The notes under the pieces were generated by a model. It saw only the letters and a program-made list of their open reading frames with translations. It did no database searches and was not told where the DNA came from. Shown here in pieces: positions 37,602-51,734 of a stretch of DNA of 64,000 bases (its first letter is position 1; each line of letters begins with the position of its first letter). The stretch comes from Octopus vulgaris (lineage: Eukaryota). The stretch is taken from positions 86,800,001 through 86,864,000 of the forward strand of contig OX597820.1 of the NCBI GenBank assembly GCA_951406725.2, given 5' to 3'. Position numbers and translations under genes: made by a program.

Positions 37602-37799
37602 CATTCTCAATTGTGGCAGTTACAATACTTATTGAACTTTGTTCATTTGAGTATTTTTTCTTTTTTTCCTTTTGGTGCATTCTTGTTTATATTGTAAATT
37701 CTGCCTTGATTTGTCATATTGTGTGCTATTTTGGTGATATGGTATCCACCTTGAGTTTTAAAGTCACTACAAGGAATTTTGTTTCGTGCTTCTGCACTC

Positions 37800-37808
37800 G
37801 AGGGGGAG
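37800..37808 (+). other. Polypurine tract
   Basis: GAGGGGGAG just upstream of the 3' LTR. Confidence 0.8.
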
Positions 37809-37812
37809 CTTT

Positions 37813-38367
37813 TTTAGTGACATTATACAACAGTGCGCGCGCGCAACGTCATTTTCAGTGTGCGGGTGCGGGACGTCCTTCTTCAGTGTGCGTGTGCGGA
37901 GTTGGAGCCTTCTGGAAAGGCAGAAGGGAAGTGCCCTCTCGGAAATGCGCGAAGACTGAAGAAGGAATTGCTGATGTGGCATTAGCTGATAGACGAGGGA
38001 CAGCGTTCCCTTAACAAGGGCACAGAGAGACACGCATAGCAGCAGAAGCAGAACGCCTTCATACGAAATTGTGGCAGACCTATTTTCTCCGCTGTCTCTG
38101 GACGCTAAGATTTGACCTGCTCTGTTTTGCTGCTGAACTTGTTGTAAGATTCTTACAAGTGTTAAAGTTCAGCCTTGCCACACCAGAACCAAGTGGATAC
38201 CAATATACCACCTTACTTCTTTCTGTGAATAAGAAAATAAAGAATATATATTTTTTAAGGTTGCGTTCGTGTTCCTTGACTGGTAGATTCTGGAAATTAA
38301 AGAACGGAAATTGTGTTGCACCTGGGTTGCACCCCAAAAGTGTAAGAAGCAACGAGTTCCCGTTACA
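37813..38367 (+). repeat. 3' LTR
   Basis: TTTAGT (TG mutated to TT)...GTTACA followed by TSD GGCT. Confidence 0.97.
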
Positions 38368-40551
38368 GGCTCAACCGATTTTTCTTAAACTTCACACGCA
38401 CATTGCTTATGTATCTGGGGAGGTTTTAAGTATAAATTGATTTCGAAAAAATGTTCGGGTAAACGGCGAGAGGAATAACATTTGGGATTGAATGAAGGAT
38501 GTGAGTAAAATTTTTAATCTTCCAAGGGAAATAACCCATTCCATCCTGGAAATAACCGAATCATTTTCGGTATGCTTATTTCTTAGTATTTGAACTATTT
38601 TAGTTATTTTCTCAATTTATCCAATATAACGCTTAAACAAGTAAATAGTATTCTCCTAAACAATAGATCCACTTATTTCGGCTAGTGACTTAATCACGAA
38701 TATACCACCACAATCGCTGCTGAGGCTAATATTCTCTGGGAACGCACAAAAGCTTTTTTCAGTTATTTACTTTGAATTATTATCCCATATCTGATTAGCC
38801 TGTTATTACGTAATGTTTCGCGATTTTAGTAAACATACCTTATTAGTATTTCCTCCTAAAATCTAAATACTCTAGGAACGTATTAAAGCCCTTTTAGGGG
38901 CTACTTTATTTAAATTCTTACTATAGGGTAATTAATTTCATGTTATTACATAACTGACTTCACAATTTGGGTATTCATAACTTATTGGGAATTTCTAAAA
39001 ACAAGATCCTTTGTAAGACAGTGCGTTTTAAGGGCTACATACTTTGCATTGTTGTTACTGGATTAGCGAAACAATTATGAGAAGGGAACCAAAAGATAAG
39101 CCCGCTTTCCCGGGTATGTCAGCTACTATAAATACATGTTTACTATAGCTTCAGGCCGACAAAAACTTTGTGAGTGGATTTCGTACTCGGAAATTGTGTG
39201 CGTGTCTTGTGTTTGTACCCCCACCATTGCTTGACAACTGATGTTGCTGTGTTTACATTCCCGTAACTTAGCGGTTTGGTAAAAGTCACTGACAGAATGA
39301 GTCCTAGGCTTACAAAGAATAAATTCTGTGGTTGACTTCTTCGACCAACGGTGGTGCTCCAGCATGGCCGCAGTCACATGACTGAAACAAGTAAAACAAT
39401 AAAAACCTATGCCATTTTAATCCCGAGCAAGGCCGGGTATCTCTGCTAGTATTTGTTAAAACGAAAAGTGTGTTGATAACTCGCTGTTTTACTTTACACA
39501 CGTTACAATGAACTTCCAGCTATAAAGATTGGATTAGATCCTTCGGTATAGGTACACACTTGACTTTGTTTACATTTCTGAAGATAAGAGAAATCCTTTT
39601 CTCCCACCCCTAACCCCCCATATATAAAAAAAACACTTTCTTGAAATGTATCCGGTACTTATATCGAAGTTACGCCATTGGATTATATACACACACATCC
39701 ATTTAAGCATATAAGTGAATTTAGACTTCTTTTATAAAATTTTTAACACTGATTTCTCGGTAAATGTGACTTTCGCGGTATAATTTAAATAACGGGGATT
39801 GTATAAAAATATTTTCCTAAAATACGAAACGAAAACAAATGTTAGCACCGCTTAGAAATTTCTATTGGCTCTTATCTTGTATTATTTCACCATTTAAAGA
39901 TTTTTAACGTTGTTTCCAAATGAATACCAAGTTACATAAATGGAGTTTTTTCCGCTTACAGAAACTAAAGATAACCATTTAAATTATTATATCTTCATTT
40001 ATTGTGACTTTTAAATTATTATATCTCCATTTAATGTGACTTTTAAACAGTCCTTTTCCGATTCCAAGACCTACCTTGGCGGTATGAGAATCTGGACTAA
40101 AGAGGGGAGATAACAACGTCATGACCAGAAAGTAAATACTTTCATTTCGTTTCGTTTTTTTTTTTAAGTTAATCATTATGCTTTTACACATTCCCCATTG
40201 TTAGTGAAGTTTGTTTTATTATTCGTGTGTATACTATATCAACTGCCTCTTGTTCTTCAACTCTAGGTTCACGACGATACAGCAAACTTAAGACGAAAGC
40301 CATTCCAGTGGTGACCATCTCTCATTTTCCGCTTTCACTTTTTTTATTTTTATTTTTACAGCAGTTATTTCTAGCATATCAAAATACCACGTAGACTCTC
40401 TTCTCTCACATCCAACCCAATCAGGAATACAAATACCACCAGAACAAAATAAAGAAACTGATGTGGATTGAATATGATGCTATTTACTTTTGTAGACGTA
40501 ACGTAATAACGTATCAATATAACGGTCTGGATCCAACTCCTTTATATATTA

Positions 40552-41037
40552 CTAGCAGTATCGCCCGGGAAATAACTATATAAGCATTTTTAGAGAGTTA
40601 CTTCCCTTATAAATTCGGGCTTTCTTAGCCATTTTTGTTTTGGTGTCTTCAAGCCATGAAGTCGTTGTTCTAAAAGAACGCTGGTTTCCTTCACAACGCA
40701 TTACGACGTTGATTTCTTTACACTCCCTTCCCCACAGCTTCACGAGGGAGGGAAGGGGGAGAAGCAAACAGGTGCAGCTGTGAGCGTGGACGCCAACTCC
40801 GCCGCCATCGACATACGATGCATTTTATGCATTAAAATGGAATAAAAAATGATGTTAAATTATTTTTAAAATCGTAGACTCATCGTTGACGCGCGCTAAT
40901 AGTCAGACGGGCTCGATATGAATCACGACTATAAGATACCCGAATTTGGTTAAACTGCACCGCAAAATGTGGGAGGAGTTAGGAATCTAAATCGAAGGGG
41001 ACAGACACTCACACAACTAGAGTTTTATATATAGAGA
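40552..41037 (-). mobile_element. Non-autonomous Helitron
   Basis: Minus strand A|TCTCTATATATAAAAC ... CCCGGGCGATACTGCTAG|T; shares the ATTCCTAACT...TCGTGATTCATATC...GATGAGTCTACGATTT block with 22626-23023. Confidence 0.85.
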
Positions 41038-42157
41038 TTTGGTCGTAAAAGAATTATACTAATCAACGCCAAATCAAGAATGAAAGGTTAAGTGGACTCT
41101 GGAGGGTTTTCAACTAATAACTTTGATGCCATGCACTCACTTGCCACTTTGTTCTCGGTTATTTGTCGTTCAGACTCCATTTAACCGGCATCTTTCAGTA
41201 ATGTTCGATATGATAGATATGAAATTTGTTATTTGAAGTTAAAAAAAAAAAAAGGAAAACAGGCGACGTGGAAGGATGACTTTATAATTACTCTTTGTAC
41301 TGAGATTGTCTTTGTATATAGCAGATTATTTTGAAATAACTAAATATTTCACTAGCCGACATCAAAACAAGGTATAAGAATCTGGACTAAATAGGGGAGA
41401 TAACAACGTCATGACCAGAAAAATGTTTTTTCTTTAATCCTTTGATAAACAGCTATCAAAGAACGGTTTGGGTGAAATACGATTAATATATGCATGCATA
41501 TAAATACGGTTGGATTTAGAAAGTGAAAAAAAATAGTACTTAACATGTTGTGCGAAGAATATATATTTTATCTTTAAAGCAGAAATCGCTTTAAAAAAAG
41601 TACTATGGCCTTGAGTTTCATGGGTAGTAGTTCGAAAAGTTTGATGTACACGAAAGGGAAGCAATTTCTAGGTTATTTTCCGTTTCAAAAATAAAATAGA
41701 TTGTGTGTGATGTAGTTTTTCAGTACACTGGTATATGGTGCATCAAACCACATCTGCTTTTGCTTCCATATAATTCTTTCTTTCTTCTGAACAAAATTTA
41801 AATGTTCAAAACCATCTCATGGCAATTTGTTCACCCTTTTCCAATCCTCACAGCCCCACATATTGAGAAACACTGACCTATGGTCTATTTCGGACATAAA
41901 CTTACATAAATCCTCTTCACAATGTTCATTTACCATTTTGTGTTATTTCTCAGGTAACTGCTCTGATTTGTCTGTTTCAAGTTTGGCCAATTCTTTCAAC
42001 CTCTTTGGATACATTGGGTTTTCCAATCCAAGTAGTTTAGTACCGCTTCTTTGTAACAAATTTTACCCAGGATTTCTTTCTTGTAGTAAGGCCAGACTGA
42101 AGTTTGTTAATACAGATGAGATCCTACCATACATTAAGTAATTAAAACTTCTTATAA

Positions 42158-42800
42158 GGTGCAGGTGTGACTGTGGTAAAGAGCTTGCTTCCCATCCACA
42201 CTGTCCAAGGTTCAGTCCCTGTGTGTGGCACATTAGGCAAGCGCCTTTTACTATAGTCTTAGGTGAACCAAAGCCTTGTGAATGGATTTGGTAGACAGAA
42301 ACTGAAAGAAACCTACCATGTGTGTATATAGACAAAAGCATCCCTAATCTTGCAGGCTCATAAGTGCTGGTGCCACGTGAAAAACACCCATACCAGTGCT
42401 GTGTAAGAGCACCCAGTACACTCTATAAAGTGGTCGGCATCAGGAAGGGTATCCAGCCATAGGAACCATGCTGAAACAGACATGGAGCTAGAACAGCCCT
42501 TCATCTGGTCAGCTTGCCAAACCATCCAACCCATGCTAACATGGAAAACAGATTTTAAATGATGATAGATAGATAGATAACTGTGTGACTAGTCTGAGTC
42601 TGTCCCCCATCACTACTTGATAACAAGTGTTGGTGTATTTACATCCCCCCGAAACTTAGTGGTTCAGCAAGAGATTGATAGAATAAGCACCAGGCTTTAA
42701 AAAATAAGTACTGGGGTCAATTCATTTGACTAAAAGTTCTTCAAGGTGGTGTCCTAGAAGGCTGTAGTCTAATGATTGAAACAAGTAAAAGATAAAAGAC
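42158..42800 (+). mobile_element. Family A SINE with internal family D segment
   Basis: Head AGGTGCAGGTGTGACTGTGGTAA; family D block ~42365-42570; tail GAAACAAGTAAAAGATAAAAGA. Confidence 0.7.
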
Positions 42801-43523
42801 ATCCATTCACATTTGTATACCCTCTTTTCCTCATTCACTTGTATGGGTGTTTGCATTTGTGTAAAAGGAAAGGTAACAGCTTTACATTACTCTTAGTTAG
42901 CACTTTGTATAGAGTCCTTGAAGTTTAGCATAGTCTTAATCTTTAGTTGCAATGAAGGAAACTTGGAATCATCCACAAGGGTATAGGTTTGTGATAACAT
43001 TTTGTGCTGTCATCAATATATATTACAAGGCAGTGGTGCCAAACTCATAAGGTGTTCCTGATGTCACATCATTCCATGATTTATTCTTATTCACATATTA
43101 AATGTATAACCAAAACTCCAAGAAAATAACAGCTTATTCCCATGTCTTTATCCATATATTCTGTCCGTTCCTAATTTATTTTGACTTTCCAAATAAGAAA
43201 ACAAAATTTTCTTCCCAAGAATCCAGTTTCCTTAGTCTTTTCCTGTCACATCTGGTAATTGTCTTCAAATTAAGGATTGTCAAAAAGCTTGTTGTAATAT
43301 TCTTGTCTTTTCTTTAAGCCATTGAAGATATACATTAATTGCTGGTGATTTACTCACTATAAAATGTTAAATTTCTTAATTACCATTTCTCTCATACTAA
43401 TGTAATTCACAGGGTATTCTAATTTTGTTATTGTCTGAGTAAGGAATATAACTGAAATCCTCATTATTAAATAGAAATTTGCAAGTATGTTAAGCTTTGT
43501 TCACCATCCTCTAATTTCTTTAA

Positions 43524-43737
43524 CTCTTTAGCATTTAAATTGGCCATATCCAACTCAAATATTCTACCTGTTTTATGCTCAAACTGGCCAGATCTAACCT
43601 TTCGCACCTACTCTACAATGCATTCTAAAAATATACAATCACATCACCAAAATCTCAAAGCTATCAGATAATGGTAATTAATTCAAAACAATGAATAAAT
43701 AAGCATTACATTTGAGAGTAATCTGAATGCTAGAGGG
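43524..43737. mobile_element. piggyBac-like MITE
   Basis: TTAA|CTCTTTAGCATT ... AATGCTAGAGGG|TTAA. Confidence 0.75.
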
Positions 43738-43949
43738 TTAAAGGTAAATTATTCTGATACACATAAAGGTCACCTATTTTTTTCTTAATTATTGATTTAA
43801 CTTGCATAAATTCCTATATTAATTTTGGATTCTTAATTACTGTTAGAACTGTCTCATAACTTTTTCTGGGTCTGTTCTATTTGATACTATGTTATGCTGA
43901 ATTGCCTTAAAGTTTTAGTCTGGCTGTGTGATAACTTGGTGTTTTCTAG

Positions 43950-44071
43950 TACAAGGGGTGTATGAAAAGTTCTGAGCTTTGAAGTCTTGTACCTTCATCA
44001 GAAGTCTTGTACCATGTTGTTTTTTTTTGGTTTTTTTTTTTAGGGTCAAGACTTTTCATACACCCCTCATA
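43950..44071. mobile_element. mariner-like MITE
   Basis: TACAAGGGGTGTATGAAAAGT / ACTTTTCATACACCCCTCATA inverted ends with TA flanks. Confidence 0.7.
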
Positions 44072-47000
44072 TAGCCATGGGCTGACCAAAACATTATTAG
44101 TGGATTTGGTAGATAGAAACAGAAAGGAATCCATTGTGTGTAAGTGTTTGTTTGTTTGTTTTCTTGTTTTGACCTTATGGTAGATATAAATGAGCATCAC
44201 CATCATAGCAGCTATGTCAATGGTTTCCAATCTTCAATGGAAACATGTCCCGCTACAGGGAAATATCATCTTGTTACAAGACTAGTGATAGGGAGGGCAA
44301 ATGAGTGTTGAAGAATAAAAAACATGAAAAATTCTGTCTCACCCATGCAAACATGGACATTAAAATGATGATGCTGTCTTCTTTCTGGGTTTCTTGATAC
44401 ATTAGCTATTTGTTATTTCTATCAGGGATTTCCAGAGGTTTGATTGGTACATTTTCACTTTCTTTATCTACCATCTAACAGAAAACCAATTGTTAATTAC
44501 ATTTTATCAGTCCTGATCCTGACATCATGCTCTCTCTACTATTCACCTACATGAGTATTACTTTTGATTCTGTGGCACCATGACCTTTCTCTTTCTAGTA
44601 TCATTCCATCCACCCATAATTACTGCTTGTGTAGCTCTATATCTCCTCTTACACAACCCATCCTACTGCCTTCTTTTTAAGTGACTCGTGCACCCAATTA
44701 CTGTTTTCTTCCTACCATCCCATTCTCTGTAACATTGTTTTAAGTTTCTCCACCTGCACTCTGATAAACTTATCCAATCACATGTAGTTCAACCACTCAG
44801 CGCCTCAACTAAGGCACCACTCTTTCTTTTGTCACCTTCTCTAACAGGTTAGCTCTTTAATCTTGGGACCCCACCAGTACTGAAACCACATAATAATGCA
44901 CTCAATATATGCTTTAAAGTGGTTGGCACTAGGAAGAGCATTCAGCTACAGAAATCATGCCGAAAATGAAACATTGGTCCAAGAATGTATCCAATGAGCT
45001 ATCAAACTGGCCAACCAGTATGCCAGTAAGGGAAAGCTGATATTAAATGATGATGATTATCACATGCATTAGTAGAAGGCAAATATTTTGTTGATCCACT
45101 CAAAATATAACTTACAAATCTTCCATCTTTTGATATATTCTAAACTATGCAATAATTAAAAAAAAAGTCTTTATACACTATTCCCAACCTTTCCAAGGGG
45201 ACATGAATGATCAACTTCATATATATCAGCTGTATTTGTGAATATCAAATGGTCCTATTTGGTGAAATGGTTTGTTGATATATTGATACAATGGCTGTCC
45301 TTTTATTAATCTAAAACCATCTCTAGGGATTCTATCAGTGAGACAAAGTGTATCTATATGTGCAGTTTTTGACAAAGTTATTTTCTTTTCTGGAAGACAG
45401 GCACTTGGTCATGCATGCAAGTCTCCCTTCTCCATGCCACCAATGTTGTCCAAAGGAAAGCCCCATCCCCACCCTTATTACCTACCTTAGAAGACTACTG
45501 CTTGACACTAATATCATCTTGGGCATTGTCAGAGTGCAAAGGACCCTAACAGATACTATAAGACATACTGACTGACACTAACAGTTCACTGTCCAGTGAT
45601 ATTTCAAAAACAATAATTTTGAAGAAAATTTACCATGTTAGGTGGGTAGCACTCATATAGTACACCCAGAATAATATACACCCTGCTGAACACCTTATCC
45701 AGTCATTTTACCTCCAAGCACAAATGCCAGTGACATGATAAAAAAAGCACTCAGTCCAGCTGTAAAATGGTTGTTGAAAGGAATAGAACCCAACCAACAA
45801 GAAAAAAAAAACCATGACGTACACAACAGACAGCTGGTTTTACCTGCTGCATGTGTCAGATAATAAAGTAGCCAGTTTACTGTGTTGTAACTGACTTGTC
45901 TGATCCATGCCAACATGGAAGAAAAGACATAGTGTGATGATTCATGTTCGCACTACAGTTTCTGCTAATGATAACATTCACTTACATTAATTTCTTACGC
46001 TGGCACAAAACCAATTAACAAAAGACAGTTGGCTCACTACTACTTATAGAATGCAATGTGGATTCCCATGAGACTAATGTACAAGGTAGCTATATCTTCA
46101 TAAGATTAATAACACAATACCAAAGGTAAAGAATTGTATGACAGCATCAATTCTTGCTGTAGGGTGATCAAATAATAGTGTTTTCTATGATCTAGCTAAA
46201 AATTAACACTTGACTTATTTTAGACAAATAATGAATACTAAGTTATCGAATGATAAACACATTATTTGGGTAAGGAAAGAGCAACAGGCCAATTGATTAG
46301 TACTGAAAACCATACACTCATCATATTGCTTTGTTTTAAATTGGAGCTTAATTATGTAATAGGATTTACATACATTGGAAGTTTGTTCAAAATTAGATCA
46401 TATCAACTTCAGCAGATGACTGACCACAGCAACATTTAAACTAAGATTATAGAGACAAAACTTCACACCAACATCCAAGCTGTTGGCCACTCTGTAGTTT
46501 CAGCTATTTCAACATTCATTAACATGACAAGTAGTTAATATATTCAGCATGATAGAAAAGCTAAAACAATAATGAAAGTACAAGCTGCTGTACACTGAAA
46601 TATTTTTTATGTGCAATGCTATGGAGTTCCTGATGGGAATGATTTAATTACAATAGCATTCAGAAGTCATAATTGCTACTTTTCCAATACAGACATATGC
46701 ACACTATCAATTTTATTTCATTGTTCTTTTATTACAGCTAATAATATCAAAGTGTTATGTTACACATATCTAACAAGTAGTTCGTTGATACTCTAAAATA
46801 ACCCCAGCAGTATCTACAAGAGAATTTAATTAAAATAGTAAATTGGAATGTTATGTACCCCAGCATTCGTGTGTGGTGTAAGAAACTATAAATTGGACAC
46901 TGAAAACAAAATTAATAAAGCTGAAAGGAGTATTGATCAATCATTATCCTGTTTCAACCCATGACATAGGATAAAACATGGATGTGCTGGATTAGGGAAG

Positions 47001-47489
47001 GGTTAAAGAAGAGGAGACAGACAGAGTTTTGTGTGATTTCCCAATAAATGGGTATAAGCCCAACAAACCAAGAAAGCAAAAATCACAGCACACTCAAGAT
47101 AATTTTTCATTTCTGAGGGAAGTGTATTTAGGTGTGAGCAAATAGGCACAGAAAAGGTACCATATGCTTGCATATATGTATGCATGAAAAAATGTAGGAT
47201 ATCAGTGAGTGAGAGACAACGAGAAAGAGTGTGTGTGTGTGTATGTGCATGCAACACACATGCATATGTATATATATATATATGACATGGTGGTAGTCAA
47301 TCTTCTGCTTGAACTAAGAAAACTGTGGCTGCAGGTTTTCGTATGTTGTTGATATTTGTGAGTCATAATTCCTAACTGTCCCCCACATGGCTATAATGAT
47401 TGTGGCAGAATTTGAACTCACAACGCCCAGAACAGATACTACAATGCTCTTTCAAGGCAAACCATACTTCAGTGGGATTTGAATTCAAG

Positions 47490-47880
47490 ACATAGCCAAT
47501 TTGCCAATATAAACTCTGAGCACCTTTTCAAACTCCACCCATCTAACACCCGTGGACATATTTACAAAGTCAGAAAACAGCACAGCTCCCATGACTTCAG
47601 GAAACATTTTTTCACGCTGAGAGTTGCTGAAGCATGGAACAAACTGCTGGCATCAGTTGTTAGTTGTCGGAGGACTGCATCCTTCAAAACTTCCATGCTT
47701 TCTGAGATTCGCCAACACTACACCTGATTTTCTCCCCTCCATACACACGCAAGCATGTATCTGACTCATGCATTGTTCACTTTCCAGACATTTTTACATT
47801 ACTGCATGTACTTTATATGCACTTTCTGACAAGTTGTGGTGCACCTGAGCACTGTATACAATAATTTTATAATTATTATT
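47490..47880 (+). mobile_element. CR1-group LINE 3' end
   Basis: TRGHIYKVRKQHSSHDFRKHFFTLRVAEAWNKL C-terminal motif, then a 3' UTR and (ATT)n tail. Confidence 0.8.
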
Positions 47881-48657
47881 ATATAATATGCATGCATTGC
47901 ATTTATACACCTAAAGTTATATGCATGTTGTGTAGGGAACGGGGCTGTAACAAGAGACAATTCATTGATAGTGAATGGCAAGGACAGAATGGGAAGACCT
48001 AGTCGACCATCCCCAAAAACATATTCAAAAATTAAGAAATCATTGAAGAAAAGACTTTATATTTTTTATTAATATTATCATTACTATTAGTAGTAGTAGT
48101 AGCAGTAGTATGTAATAGTAACAGTAGTAGTAATAGTATTTGATGAAGATTAGATAATACTGTGCCGTAATAACATTGAAGAGGAAAGGGTTGGTTGGAT
48201 AAGGGGGAAGAGATAGGATGGTTATCAAGACAAAAAAAATAAAAAATAAGTGTGGTTTAAAATTGAAACATGAAATCATGAAATAGGGTGGTGGTGATGG
48301 ATGGGGTGGGTGAAGGAATGTGTTATGTGAGTGTGTGTATGCACCACGGATGCATGTTTGCAAATGTGATTAGAAAGTTGTATTAGTTGTTGTTATGACA
48401 CAGTAAAATGTACATTTAGCCTATCAGAAACGTAAAAAAAATACAAGATGATAAATGACACGGTGTACTGTACTTTTAGAGTTAGTAGTTGTTGCAGTTT
48501 CGTTCTTTCAGTTGTTGTTAAGGTCTTTCTTTTGTTTTTCTCTTCATAATAGATAATAGTAAAAACCAAACTTGTTCTTGTTGGTGGTGGTATTGTTACT
48601 GTTATAAGCAGAGGTGAGAACAAAAAAAAAAAAATTGGGGGGAATCTGGGCTTTCCA

Positions 48658-48789
<132 letters not shown>

Positions 48790-50057
48790 CTAGAAGGAAA
48801 AAAAATAAGTTTACATAAATTCTTTAGTAACGATTTTTTTTTTTTTGAATGATTTCATGTTTTTGCTGTTCTTTTTATTGTATTCAGTCCCCACTACGCC
48901 AACTGCTTCACAGACATGTCATTTACTCGTGGTCTCCTCCTACTCAACTGCCACCATGACTACAAGCAATAGGAAACTGAGTGGAGGTGTTAAGAAAGTA
49001 AAGCAGGGAGCAGCAGATGTGGACCTGATAGTACAAACATTGCAGCCCTTAAACATTACTGTTCAGTAAGAGTATATGTTACTGTGAGTGAACGGGTTTT
49101 TTGCAGTACCATATCCTGCCAATCAGTAGGTCCTTTATCCAGTCTAGTAGTACAAGATCAATGTAAATAACCTATAATTAACAAATCACTTGACACCTCT
49201 ACCAAAGCTCTTGAAACCATAGGTATCTTGCTATTTATTTTTAAAATCAAAATATTGACATTTTATAACGTTTTAGTAATTTAAGTTCAAACACTTGCAG
49301 TACACCATCCAACATTTTTATGATGAATTTTTGTTCTAATAACCTTTTATAAAATTAAATAAGCTTCAGATTAAATAGTAATTCTAAATTTGAAGAATTT
49401 TCAAAGGAAAAGTGACATAAAATTTTTATGCCAGCTTTTTCATACAACCATGGATTGAATAGTGAGACGTTTTTTTTAGTTGAATTCTCTTTTGATGCTA
49501 ACCCCTTTTAGTTACCGCCTTAAGACATACAAGGATATGGTGTACCTATTCTAAAATCCAAGATAAACACAGTAAAACTGGCTTTTAGAATGAAGCTTAA
49601 CACATAGATCTTTTGATTTTCTATTGAAAACAACTGAATAGTATTTCAAAAAAGAATACCCAATCAATCTTCAAACAAATCCCATTAATTATTTCAGTAT
49701 TCTGATTATTCCAATTCCAGTCTTCCATAGAATAATGGAGGCTAATTACACAAACCAATAGGTAATTTGTTGTCAGGACGTTCTTTACCTGATTTGAAGT
49801 TTATTTATTTATTTATATATTTAATTCTTTGATATGCTGAATCAAAGAATGGAAACAAGATACCCAAACCTAACAATCATCAGTGGGTGATCAACTAAGA
49901 TGATCAACTGAGCTCATGATCTTCCTGAGGAGGCTCAGCACTGAAGATAATTATCCTAATGAAAATTCACGGGAAATTAGACATTAAACAATGATGTAAT
50001 TTTACTGCAGAAATTTTAAGATTTTTACTAGTTCTTCAGTAGAACTCTCTCTCTCTA

Positions 50058-50253
50058 TTACTCTTTTACTTGTTTCAGTCATTTGACTGCGGCCATGCTG
50101 GAGCACCGCCTTTAATCGAGCAACTCGACCCCGGGACTTATTTTTTGTAAGCCCAGTACTTATTCTATTGGTCTCTTTTGCCAAACCCCTAAGTGACAGG
50201 GACATAAACACACCAGCATCGGTTGTCAAGCAATGCTAGTGGGACAAACACAG

Positions 50254-50290
<37 letters not shown>

Positions 50291-50470
50291 CATACACATA
50301 TATATATATATACATACACATATATACATATACACACATATATATCATCATCATCATCATTTAGCATCCGTTTTCCATGCTAGCATGGGTTGGACGGTCC
50401 AACTGGGGTCTGTGAAGCCGGGGCGGCGCCGGCAACGACCACGATCGGATGATTCGCTTAACCACAGCTG
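50058..50470 (-). mobile_element. Family A SINE 3' half plus family D tail, intronic
   Basis: TTACTCTTTTACTTGTTTCAGTCATTTGACTGCGG... then (CAT)n TTAGCATCCGTTTTCCATGCTAGCATGGG. Confidence 0.8.
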
Positions 50471-50823
50471 CAATTTCCACTGATGTTGATCAACATATAT
50501 ATATATATACACACACATACACATATATACACGTATAGAAACATTCTGGTTTCGAAGAAAAACAATTTCTATGTTTGTATCTTATGCCTCATTCCTCATA
50601 AGCTGTTTTACTGAAAACAGAGGAAACATCTTTTTCGTTAGCCTTTGTTATTTACAAACTTTTACATACCCAAAAGAAATTTAGGCAGTTTTTTTCTCTA
50701 TTTTGCCAAGCATAAATAGATATAAGTTATATAATTTGATTTTACAAGTAACTATATTTCAAATATCCAACTTCAATTAATTAAAATTGTGTAATTTCAA
50801 TTAACCTACAAGGTGACTATGAG

Positions 50824-50906
<83 letters not shown>

Positions 50907-51630
50907 CATAAAGATTTCTTCTATAAAGTCCTTTACTACATTTTGTTATTCCAGCTAAAAGAGATGGAAAGTAATCTAAATTCAATAATTTAATTGAAAT
51001 ACAGGGATGTATTTAAGACAGAAATATAGTAACAGAATCAATGAAAATATCAATTTTTTCATTTTGTTTATTACTCCATGGATTGGATGAAGACTGATCT
51101 GAGGTAGTATATTACAGTCAGATCAGAAATTCTTTCTGTTGCCAACCCTTACCAGTTTTTCAAATAAAAGATTTTCAAAAAATTATTCCACTGGTCTTTG
51201 AAAAGGCAAAGCAGCTTGCCATGTTAAGAGAAAATGAGAATATCACACACCATTGCAAGCAGGCTGTGACAAAGATACAGAATGTCGACATTCACACATA
51301 CATGAACATAGTCTATCAGTCTCTTTTGACAAATCACTAAGTTATGGGGATGTAAAACCGTCAACACCAGTTATCAAGCAGTAGTGAGGGACAAACAAAG
51401 ATATGCATACATACACACATATATATATATACACACACACAAACACACAAAAACAAAATTCCATAGTTTCTGCCCACCAATTTCACTTACAAAGCACTTG
51501 CCAGCTCAAGGTTAAAAAAGACATTTGCCTAAGGTGTTACTCAAACCCACATGGTTACAAAGTGAACTCTGTATCCACACACCCATGAAGTATTTACTAT
51601 ATAAAGATCAAACCAAAATGGAATACTCAC

Positions 51631-51734
51631 CTTTCCACAGCCAGGTACATCAATGCCTTTGATGGGACGAGGTATTTCAAGACTACGTACAATACCATAT
51701 TTACCGCACTCCTCTTTGACATCTTCAACAATAT
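51631..51734 (-). CDS. U2AF2: U2AF65 exon (104 bp)
   Basis: tttcttttgcag|AT ... AAG|gtgagt; (D)IVEDVKEECGKYGIVRSLEIPRPIKGIDVPGCGK; phases 1 and 0 fit the neighbouring exons. Confidence 0.96.

Larger units (their letters stand above)
32745..38367 (+). mobile_element. Full-length Ty3/gypsy LTR retrotransposon, CsRn1 clade
   Basis: Two 555-bp LTRs, 4-bp TSD GGCT (32741-32744 and 38368-38371), tRNA-Trp PBS, PPT, CHCC gag motif, PR-RT-RH-IN order. Confidence 0.96.
32673..39449 (+). mobile_element. Non-autonomous Helitron-like element interrupted by the LTR retrotransposon
   Basis: A|TCTTACATATTAAAA 5' end; sequence continuous across the GGCT TSD; hairpin plus CTAC at 39101-39126 and hairpin plus CTAG|T at 39422-39449. 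Confidence 0.6.

Noticed and set aside
37598-38440. ORFs after pol as a possible env or accessory gene
   Set aside because: They lie mostly within the LTR, have no env motifs and begin at non-ATG or post-stop positions.
43985-44002. CTGATGAAGG on minus as another hammerhead
   Set aside because: No stem II followed by GAAA; it lies within a mariner-like MITE with a local duplication.
41700-45400. Possible decayed LINE fragments on minus
   Set aside because: Composition is suggestive, but no motif was clear enough to call without a profile search.
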